A model generated the notes under the pieces. The model was not told the origin of the DNA and made no database searches. It saw only the letters and a program-made list of their open reading frames with translations. A stretch of DNA of 63,999 bases, the filler included, from Stramenopiles sp. TOSAG23-3 (lineage: Eukaryota), in the NCBI GenBank assembly GCA_900128585.1. It is 19 parts of 19 records of this genome, joined end to end, with 100 filler letters (N's around TTAATTAATTAA, not from the genome) between each part and the next. Parts side by side here need not be neighbours in the genome. Positions count along the whole stretch, not along the records: positions 54,031 to 57,292 come from LT644322.1; positions 57,393 to 60,653 come from LT644323.1; positions 60,754 to 63,999 come from LT644328.1; 16 more parts are not named here. One strand, 5' to 3'. A program made the translations under genes and the position numbers. Below, piece by piece: positions 55,727 through 63,999 of this stretch (its first letter is position 1; each line of letters opens with the position of its first letter).

Positions 55727-56438
55727 AACACAGAGACAAAAGTTTAAAAAAGGGTTTTAAGTCTTAAAGTAGTATATAGGGGGATCTTGGTAATTTTTAA
55801 CCGATCGACCCGTGAACAACTTTAACAGCTAATTACCATCACAAAATAAAAAATGCTGTTAAAACTGTATTTAACCTTAAACACCTTAATTTTATTTTTC
55901 GGTCCCCTTTGGGCAACCCTAACACCAACCCAAAAAGCCTCACAAACATTCAAATTTTACATAAAAAATCCAGACGCTAATGAAAGTCAGTCACAATTCA
56001 CAACTAACACTAAATAAGACCATAATAGGAACAACGATATGATAGCCACTAATTTATTCTTGCTGCTGCACAATGCATCACAAGAAGTGAAAGGACTAAA
56101 AAGTTTTGAGACGGTTAAGTTGAATAAAAGAAACACCAAAACTCCCATTCAAAACTCGCAACAGTTACGCTCACAATTGAGAAATTATTTATGTGGAATT
56201 TACACCATAAATAATTCAAAAACGTTAAAAAAAAAAGGTCCCCTTTCATATTTTTTAGACTATGCATAAACTTTGACTTCTATCGCAACAAGCAACATCG
56301 AACAAGCGAACGGTGCATCAGAAGAAAAGGTTAGAGAACCTGTGAAAGATTGAGTTAAATACCACTTTTCCAAATATTTCCAGGATATTTATTCCTTTTC
56401 TTTTTTGCTTCTTCTTCTTCTTCTTGGCGTAGCGTTCC

Positions 56439-57025
56439 ATGACTGACGGCGGTGTTTTAGATCGTCTGCTGGGTGCGCAGCCTGTGCTTTATTCTGCGAT
56501 ATCTTCTGCTGCAGAGTACCAACGCCAAATATTTGGTGTTCAGGCCCAACAGCATAATTTTGTTAAAAACAACGGTTACCAGGCCACAGCCCATGGTAAG
56601 TACGCCAATCGCGACATGGCACAGCTGTGCTCCTCTATTTTTTTTTGCGGATGGATTGCCACAGGTTGTGCGGGGCAGGCCGTTTGGGCCTTGCAACGGT
56701 TTATAAAAAGGGACGGGCATAAAATTGGAAGTATGAATAGATATACAATTGGAAAGTTGGCCTTACACAGTACCTTTCTTGTCCCAACTGTAATGTTTGC
56801 GTATGTCGCAGTGCTGAATGAAAGAGCAATAAGTTGTAATAATATGTTCAATTCATCAATAGACGACGAACGTTCGGGGTATTGAAAATTGTCTCAAAAA
56901 AAGAGCGTCTGCTTAAAGAACAACAACTGTTGGAAAAACAAATGGCTGATATGGCTGAACGAATGGCTGAAATAACCGAAGAGTTAAATAATTTAAAACA
57001 AGAAAATTGGCTGTTATTTAAATAA
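56439..57025 (+). CDS. Small membrane protein with a C-terminal coiled coil, two exons (56439-56800 and 56863-57025), 174 aa
   Basis: A 62-nt GTATGT...CAATAG intron at 56801-56862 links the ORF in frame to RRTFGVLKIVSKKERLLKEQQLLEKQMADMAERMAEITEELNNLKQENWLLFK*. Confidence 0.7.
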
Positions 57026-57177
57026 TTTATAAACATTAAAAAATGATTCCTAAGCTTTTTTATTTCTTTCTAAACTTTCTTTTACAGCTACAACATTATC
57101 TTGTGATTTTTACAAATTAAAAAAAAAAACAAATGCACCAACATGTTCTCGCAATATTTTGAGAGAGAGGTCGGTGT

Positions 57178-57292
57178 TTACTTTCCCTTTTCGTCTTTTC
57201 GTCTCCACTGTATCGAGTTTTTTCTTTTGATAACGGACTTCAACTCCAATTCTTCAAGTTCCTTAACGCGCTTGTCGATGTCCTCGGTGCTT
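57178..57292 (-). CDS. 3' tip of an unknown gene
   Basis: STEDIDKRVKELEELELKSVIKRKNSIQWRRKDEKGK*, open to the contig edge. Confidence 0.55.
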
Positions 57293-57392
57293 NNNNNNNN
57301 NNNNNNNNNNNNNNNNNNNNNNNNNNNNNNNNNNNNTTAATTAATTAANNNNNNNNNNNNNNNNNNNNNNNNNNNNNNNNNNNNNNNNNNNN

Positions 57393-57923
57393 CGGCTGAT
57401 TGCGGAGGAAGACGCGGGGATGAACGAGCTCCAGGCCCTTATGGCAAACAGGGTCTCCGAGGATGAAGGGCGACGTTCGCTATTTACCAGAGGAAATAAT
57501 CGACTGTCCCGTCGCATTCTGAAGGGGGCTCTGAAGGGGGGCTCCAAGCCACCCCCCGCGTGTGGGTTCGGGGAGAAGGAAAACAGGAACCCGTCTTGCT
57601 GCGATGACAGTAGCGTGAACCGTGACGAGGACGAAGATTTTATGTTGGACATGCACGATGTTCGAGAAGGGATCCGAAATGTACAGAGGTCCAACGTGAA
57701 GGTCGGCTTACGAGAGGAAAAGGACGAGGCGGACCTTGTCTTTGAACTGGACGAGAACGAAGTGGACGAAATCTCGGAAAAGGTCCTGTTTGAGGTGTAC
57801 GGGGTTAACCTGGGGTCGCAAATGATCCGACCACGCCACACCCTGTTCAAGAGAGAGCAACCCTTTGAGTTCGACAGGCTCGATGATGTTCACCCCTACG
57901 TGAGCAGCGGTTATGAACCTTGA
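57393..57923 (+). CDS. Hypothetical protein, 5' partial
   Basis: Frame open from the contig edge, GC-rich, followed by AT-rich DNA. Confidence 0.7.
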   Translation, partial: RLIAEEDAGMNELQALMANRVSEDEGRRSLFTRGNNRLSRRILKGALKGGSKPPPACGFGEKENRNPSCCDDSSVNRDEDEDFMLDMHDVREGIRNVQRSNVKVGLREEKDEADLVFELDENEVDEISEKVLFEVYGVNLGSQMIRPRHTLFKREQPFEFDRLDDVHPYVSSGYEP

Positions 57924-58062
57924 ATCATTCCATGTTTTGGACCAGTTGAACCCCAGGGTACACCAATGATTATTTGATTTTTACTCAAAGTGGGGTTACA
58001 AGAGAGTTTAATTTCCCATTTCGCGGAGAAAGGAAAAAAAAGAGTTAAGTGTTCTCTCTTTT

Positions 58063-58507
58063 AAAAGCAAGAAAATCGGCTGTTATTTAAGTAAAATATC
58101 ATATTAAAATTACTATATAATTAGTTTTTTTTTTTTAAATTAAAATAATGTACTGCGAGCTGAACTCTAGATTTAGACAATTCGAGGTTTACATTCTCTC
58201 TTTTTAAACCAATTTTAAAAAAACAAATTATCTTATCATAAACAAATTATATACTAAAAAATTGTTTGAGACAGTGGGTATTATTGTTTTGTTGAGCCCT
58301 GGCTCTATCCCAAACGTATTATGATGATTATAATGATGAGTTTCTTTCAAGTCGTATACTATCTTATCATATGATATTTAAAAACATACTATATAATTTG
58401 TTTTTAAAAGCAAGGAAAATTGGCTGTTATTTTTTATAGTAGTAATTAAAATTAAAGAAAAAAAGAAGGTGTCAGTTCAAGAACAATGTCTCCTCCTATT
58501 GCAGATA
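58063..58507. repeat. Densest cluster of the 3'-intergenic repeat (A, C, B, B, reverse B, A, D)
   Basis: A at 58063 and 58406; C at 58146; B at 58220 and 58240; reverse B at 58380; D at 58468. Confidence 0.9.
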
Positions 58508-58713
58508 TTTAAAATATGATATTATTATTTTTTTTTAAATATTTACTCGCGTGTACACACACTTTTAAAAAAAATAGAGGTGAGGAGTGTGTTTTTAAAA
58601 GAGAAAAAGGTCAAGACATTTTTGCAGTTCTTGGCATCTATCTTAAATTTCTAATTTTTTCCACACAACAACAACAACAACAAACACCTCCCCCTCTCTC
58701 TCTCCTTCCCTTT

Positions 58714-59670
58714 TTAACCGATCTGACTCATTCGTTTCATCTGCTTGCGCGTCTTTTTAAGTTCGTTCAGGTCCTTTTTTGTGCGAATGATTCCCAGGGA
58801 CATGTCAATCCCATCGGAACGAGAAAGATTGTTCCCCATATTTCCCATCATCCACATCTTGCCAGCGTATTCATTCGTTTGAAGCTCTTCGTTCTTCGGC
58901 AATGGAAAACTTTTGGTGTCATCCTTGTTCCATCGCTTTGGTTTGAAGTTGGGGTTTCTATCGATGCTTTTCATATAAATAACGTCGGGGCAGGACAATT
59001 CGTACTTCCGATCGTATTTGCTAACGTAGAGCTCCCCAAACCCGTGGTGGTCGAAATTGCGGAGACCCCTATTGTTCACATCGGAATGAATGGACGCGTT
59101 GTAGTCCTGTTTAAAGAAGGCTCGTTTTGGCTCCCTGCACGCAACGTTGTGGTAGCAAGACTTCTCGATTTCCGACGTCGGAGATTTCGCCCGGAAATTC
59201 TCGTAGTACCGGTCCGATGAGTACGCGAAGTGCGAGTCTCGAAGAAACGAATTTCTCAAATCGTTCGCCCGCGGCCTTGGGATTATGTGGGTGTCCGACA
59301 CCGTCGGGCCCGGGGGGGGGTAGACGGTCTTATCAAACGATTTTGTCGTGGAATGTCTCAAATGAATGTCGCTCTCTTTCCTGTTCCCGGTGCTCATTTT
59401 GTGCGAGACCAGTATGTTCTTTGCGTATATGTGCTTGTTCTTTTTCCCCACTTTTGATGGCAAATGAATGTCCGACCTGGACCGTCTAAAATTAAAGTTT
59501 CTCCTCTGCCTCTCTATGCCGTAGTAGTCGGGCATGTTAACCTGTGGAACGTAACTCTTCTCGGAGAATGTACTAACATTGAACTTTGGCTTGACCCATT
59601 TCCCTTGCCCCTCGCTCCCATTCCCCAACACCGCGGCACTCCTGCTTGTTTTAATCGGCGAAAACGACAT
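58714..59670 (-). CDS. Hypothetical basic protein
   Basis: 318-aa ATG ORF in a GC-richer island; no family recognised. Confidence 0.72.
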   Translation of the reverse strand: MSFSPIKTSRSAAVLGNGSEGQGKWVKPKFNVSTFSEKSYVPQVNMPDYYGIERQRRNFNFRRSRSDIHLPSKVGKKNKHIYAKNILVSHKMSTGNRKESDIHLRHSTTKSFDKTVYPPPGPTVSDTHIIPRPRANDLRNSFLRDSHFAYSSDRYYENFRAKSPTSEIEKSCYHNVACREPKRAFFKQDYNASIHSDVNNRGLRNFDHHGFGELYVSKYDRKYELSCPDVIYMKSIDRNPNFKPKRWNKDDTKSFPLPKNEELQTNEYAGKMWMMGNMGNNLSRSDGIDMSLGIIRTKKDLNELKKTRKQMKRMSQIG

Positions 59671-60197
59671 TTATATATTTACTGTATTATTTTTAATATT
59701 ATATAAAGTACTATATTAACGTGGGTTCTAATGTTTCCTTCAAACGTATTCTATCCACCACCAAATTGCAATCAATACCTTCGATTTCAACTCTTTCCCC
59801 TTTCTCTCTCAAAAAGTAAAAGAAGAAAAAAGGATGCCCACTACACTTGCTTACTTGCTTCTTGTTTTCTTTTCTTTCTTCTTTCTGGTATTTACCTGTA
59901 GTCTGTAGTATTAAACAAGATTTTGTTAAAAAACGAATATAAAATTAAAAAATGTTCAACTTTTACATTACCTTAATGTAACGTAATCTACAAAATAAAT
60001 GCATTTCTACAATATACTATGTAAAACTATAATTATAGTCCATTTGAACCGTGCCGAAATTGTTCCATAGTAAGAAAAGTACATGGTATTGTTTATGAGT
60101 TATTTATAGATTCTTACGACGATTTCATGGATCATTCTCATGCATCATGTTATAAATAGGGTTGGAGTTCAACATAGAAAGAGCACTGAGTAACGTT

Positions 60198-60331
60198 GAG
60201 GTAGCATCGTATAATATAAACACAGCATAGGAATATAATTAATAAAGGTGAGGTAGCATCGTATAATATAAACACAGCATAGAAATGTATTTAATAAAGG
60301 TGAGGTAGCATTGTATAATATAAACATAGCA
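60198..60331. repeat. 52-bp tandem repeat, about 2.6 copies
   Basis: gaggtagcatcgtataatataaacacagcatag... starting at 60198, 60250 and 60302. Confidence 0.93.
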
Positions 60332-61032
60332 TTGTTTAAAGTATGAAAAATGTACGTTGAATCCAAGTGAGTAGAAAAGCTTTGATTTAAGGTGAGGATG
60401 CCTTTTGGTATTTTAATGTAATTAATTTTTATGAAGGAATCGTTAGTTTTGTCTCTTTATTTGTTTGAATTCTTTATTTATTTTCTTCCTTTGAGTACAT
60501 TTGTATAATATAACAATGTCCTTAATTATAAATATGATAAGAAACAAAAGATAACTAACCATATTTTTTATTCTACCAATAATAAAAGATCAATCAACAA
60601 ACCAGAGAGAGAAGTGGTAGACTTTGGCATGTAAGAAAGAATTATGAAAAGAANNNNNNNNNNNNNNNNNNNNNNNNNNNNNNNNNNNNNNNNNNNNTTA
60701 ATTAATTAANNNNNNNNNNNNNNNNNNNNNNNNNNNNNNNNNNNNNNNNNNNNAGAAAAAGAAAAAGAAACAAATAGAATAGAATTAATATAGAAATAAA
60801 ACTAATAAAGAAAACGAAAAAATAATAATAATAAAAAAAAAGAACAGAAACAAAAGAAAGAAACAAAAAAAGTAACAAAAGAGAAAGGGACAGAAACAGA
60901 AACAGAAAACAAACAATGACACACGAATCCCCAGCGCAGAGGAGAGGAAACAAAACGAAAGGGAACGGAAACACCATTTATTAGTCTGGTTTATTGTAGT
61001 TTGTTTTTAATATTAGTATTAACGAACGAACG

Positions 61033-63654
61033 ATGGTTTCTTTCACTGTCTCACGCAGGGCCCTGCGGGCGCTGTTGATCACTTCGTTGCTTTGCACGAG
61101 CGCGCTAGGGGCCCCCCAGCGCAACCCCTCTCGTGGCAGGAACGCGCCGTCCAGGACGGCCGGGGCGATTCTGCCCCAGGAGGCGTCCGTGGGAAATAGT
61201 GTGGACATACGGAAACAGGTCGAGGGCAGGAACAGCCCCAGCGAGAACCTCGCCGGCGGCGGTGGCAGCAGCAGCAGTTTAAATAGGGAGTTTGGGAGTG
61301 TCGACAATAGTATTAGGAAAGAGGACGCGATGGCGATGGCCCTCGACGGGGACAGGCTCGCCGCCCCGGGGCTCCCCGCCGCGCGGGCGCCCAAGGCCGG
61401 CGCCGTGCTCAACGGCCGCGCCGCGAACGACCGCCTGCGCGACGTCATGGACAACTTTCGCCTGCCGTCCCAGCAGCAGAAGCACCCGATCGTGCTCCCA
61501 GGGGCCAACGTCCCGAAACCCATCCACGTCGAGGTGCCCCCGGGCCCAAATAGCTGCTGTGGGGACGGGGACTGGGACACGGCCATCCGGGCCTGCATCT
61601 GCAAGAAGGGTTACTACGGGCCACGCTGCCAGTTCAAGAAGGTCCGGGGCCAGAGCCACGGGCGGTACGTCTGCCCCAAGGACTGCCCGCGCGGGGTGGA
61701 GCAGCTGCCGAACGGGCGGTGCGCCTGCCCGTCCGGGTGGAAAGGGCAGCACTGCCAGATCCCCGACTGCCTCCACGGGAAGCTGGGCTGCCCGACGGGG
61801 AACAAGTTCTGCGTCAAGTCCCACTGCCTGTGCTCGCCCGGGTGGGAAGGCCCGCGCTGCGGGACCAAGCCGGTCCCCAAGCTGCCGAAGGCCAACCCGT
61901 TCCCCATGCACGCCGTCAAGCCGAAGAAGAAGCCGGCAACGCCGTGCAACGGCCACGACCTCCCGTGCCAAAACACGGGAACCTTCAACTGGGAGACCTG
62001 CCGGTGCGCGTGCTTGCCCCCGTACATGGGCGAGCTCTGCGACAAGTGCATCCCACAAAAGTGCCCGAGCGGGAAGGTCCAGGACCCGAACACGTGCGGG
62101 TGCATCTGCCCGGCGTCGAGGACGTGCAAGAACAACGGCGTGCTGAACGACGACACCTGCGGCTGCAACTGCACCAACTCGTGGCGCGGGGACTCGTGCG
62201 ACAAGTGCACCCCAAAGAGCTGCAACGGCCACGGGGTCTGGGACATGAAGCAGTGCGCGTGCCTGTGCGACGCCCCGTGGCTGCCGGACACCCAGTGCCG
62301 CACCTGCGGCAGCATGGACTGCGGTAAGTTCGGCACCTTCCAGGAGAAGAGCTGCTCGTGCCAGTGCAAGGGCAACTGGAAGGGCGTCCAGTGCGACGAG
62401 TGCCCGACGAAGGAGGAAAGGATCGTGGCCGGGATCGACTGCGGCCTCCACGGCTGGGACGAGGAGAAATGCCAGTGCAAGGAGACCTGCGACGTTCAAG
62501 CGTGCGAGAACGGCGGGCGCCAGGACCCGAACACGTGTGCGTGCGCGTGCAACGTGCAGGGCAACGGCACCGACGCCGTCCTGAAGCGGGACATCTCAAA
62601 GCTGAAGACGGCGACGTTCTGGGGCGGGGAGGTGTGCCAGACTTGCGTGGAGCCGGCCAACAACCCTTGCCCCGGCTCTCGAAAGTTCAACCTGACCAAG
62701 TGCGGGTGCGAGGACTCGTGCCCCAACGCCAAGTGCGATAACGGGGGGGTGCTCAACAACGCAACCTGCACCTGCGACTGCCCGCCGGGGTGGGGCGGGA
62801 AAATGTGCGACACGCTGGCGGACGGCACCAAGAAGGAGCTGGCCGCTGTGTCCTGCAAAGCAGCCCAGGCGGTGCGCCCGGGCAACAGTCCCGACGGCCT
62901 GTACTTCATCAACCCCACGGGCACGAACCCAGAAGAGAACGGGTTCCAAGTAAAATGCGACATGATGGAAGACGGTGGCGGTTGGATCGAATTGGCAAAT
63001 ATCGGCTCGAACTTGAAGAAAGCCCAGCTGCACGCGGACAAGTACGCGAAAGGCTTCCAAAAGGAGAGCATCAACGGCGAGCACATCTTCCCGTGCAACG
63101 TGTTCGACGGGCTAGACGGCGGGGACGCCGATTTGGAAAACGTCGTCATGCGCGTGACGATGGGGAAGGTCCGCGACTACTTCAAGCCAGTCTCCGGGAA
63201 ATCCTTGTGTGACATGCTGACGAGCCAAAGGAACCACATGTGGAGTGCGAACGGCGGGGTCCCGACAAAGGATGGCGGCGGCGGCTCGTGGTTGAAACCA
63301 ACGTACAACCAAGACCCCAACCTTAAAGAACTCCTGGGCGGTTCGAACAATTCGTACCCACGAGAAATCGACGGTAGGCAGTTTTTGTCGTTTTGGGGGG
63401 GGGACAACGGTGGCTGCTGCCACAAGTACTCGACAATTTACCAAGGAGACAACGGCGGTGCCGATCAACCGTCCTGGGGGTTGGAGTTTAAAATTCATAT
63501 ACAAGAAATAGTCGAACCAGGAAAGCCCGTCATCGATATTGCGGCAGAAAACAAAGCCAACGGAAAAGTCAAGAGTTCATTTTTGGAAATAGGAGAGTCT
63601 CGGATCAATGCTGCATTGCGGTATTTGCAGACCCTAAGAAAGGATCGTGTTTAA
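61033..63654 (+). CDS. Secreted Cys-rich protein with EGF-like and CXCXC repeats and a fibrinogen-related-like domain start
   Basis: Signal peptide; CxCxxG(W/Y)xGxxC repeats; TCxCxC repeats; SCK...PDGLYFINP...FQVKCDMMEDGGGWI. Confidence 0.88.
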   Translation: MVSFTVSRRALRALLITSLLCTSALGAPQRNPSRGRNAPSRTAGAILPQEASVGNSVDIRKQVEGRNSPSENLAGGGGSSSSLNREFGSVDNSIRKEDAMAMALDGDRLAAPGLPAARAPKAGAVLNGRAANDRLRDVMDNFRLPSQQQKHPIVLPGANVPKPIHVEVPPGPNSCCGDGDWDTAIRACICKKGYYGPRCQFKKVRGQSHGRYVCPKDCPRGVEQLPNGRCACPSGWKGQHCQIPDCLHGKLGCPTGNKFCVKSHCLCSPGWEGPRCGTKPVPKLPKANPFPMHAVKPKKKPATPCNGHDLPCQNTGTFNWETCRCACLPPYMGELCDKCIPQKCPSGKVQDPNTCGCICPASRTCKNNGVLNDDTCGCNCTNSWRGDSCDKCTPKSCNGHGVWDMKQCACLCDAPWLPDTQCRTCGSMDCGKFGTFQEKSCSCQCKGNWKGVQCDECPTKEERIVAGIDCGLHGWDEEKCQCKETCDVQACENGGRQDPNTCACACNVQGNGTDAVLKRDISKLKTATFWGGEVCQTCVEPANNPCPGSRKFNLTKCGCEDSCPNAKCDNGGVLNNATCTCDCPPGWGGKMCDTLADGTKKELAAVSCKAAQAVRPGNSPDGLYFINPTGTNPEENGFQVKCDMMEDGGGWIELANIGSNLKKAQLHADKYAKGFQKESINGEHIFPCNVFDGLDGGDADLENVVMRVTMGKVRDYFKPVSGKSLCDMLTSQRNHMWSANGGVPTKDGGGGSWLKPTYNQDPNLKELLGGSNNSYPREIDGRQFLSFWGGDNGGCCHKYSTIYQGDNGGADQPSWGLEFKIHIQEIVEPGKPVIDIAAENKANGKVKSSFLEIGESRINAALRYLQTLRKDRV

Positions 63655-63809
63655 AGAAGTTACTCCCGCGTGACGTTTTATAAGTTATATGATATTTTTT
63701 TTAAAATGTGTTTTGAAAAAACAATTATACGCTATGTGGGACGACGAATTTTCTATTTTTACACGCACCACCCACCGTCTGCGTATCATACATATGATGC
63801 ACCAATTAC

Positions 63810-63999
63810 AAAAACAAATTAGATATAGAGTTAATAACTCCCTGTAAAAACAACTTTCTGAAAAAAATCGTAGTCGTCTACAACATATCTCCTCCTATTG
63901 CAGATCCTCCCCAAGTTCTGGTCAAGATTCCAATTGGCAAGTTGTTAATTTCATATATTTTAAGATTTCAGTTCGCAGTACATTAATTTTAATTACATA
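63810..63999. repeat. Dispersed 3'-intergenic repeat, modules B, D and reverse C
   Basis: aaaacaaattagatatag at 63811; D at 63885-63937; reverse C at 63963-63991. Confidence 0.88.

Noticed and set aside
3294-60753. Regularly spaced TTAATTAATTAA as a biological repeat or CRISPR-like array
   Set aside because: Always centred in exactly 100 nt of N padding with six-frame stops; it is a concatenation linker.
1-63999. Gene-sized pieces as ciliate-like nanochromosomes, or neighbouring genes as a cluster
   Set aside because: There are no telomeric repeats, many genes are cut at the edges, and the uniform size reflects length sorting. Adjacency across linkers is artificial.

Overview
This window is not one locus. 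It is 19 unrelated eukaryotic contigs of about 3.26-3.29 kb, sorted by decreasing length and joined by 18 artificial 100-nt linkers (N44-TTAATTAATTAA-N44), so gene order across linkers has no meaning. The genes are intron-poor, use the standard code, are mostly GC-rich and sit in very AT-rich intergenic DNA. The content suggests a heterotrophic, probably flagellated protist, possibly a marine stramenopile (inference only). Recognisable products are cytochrome b561, a BET bromodomain protein, a TM-LRR protein, HMG-CoA lyase, GH78 and GH39 glycosidases, a His-phosphatase/aldo-keto reductase fusion, a SIL1/Fes1-like protein, GST, a PKG-like pseudokinase, NIT2, TMEM18, hexokinase, a GRAB golgin, Rab18, a methyltransferase-thioredoxin fusion, a RING E3, a STE20 kinase and a secreted EGF/CXCXC protein. 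The most striking unexplained signal is a family of modular 15-130 bp repeats. It recurs on about 10 independent contigs, almost only downstream of stop codons or between convergent genes, has inverted-repeat logic, and in one case supplies a gene's last codons and stop. All protein calls are from motif recognition by eye; no database searches were run.
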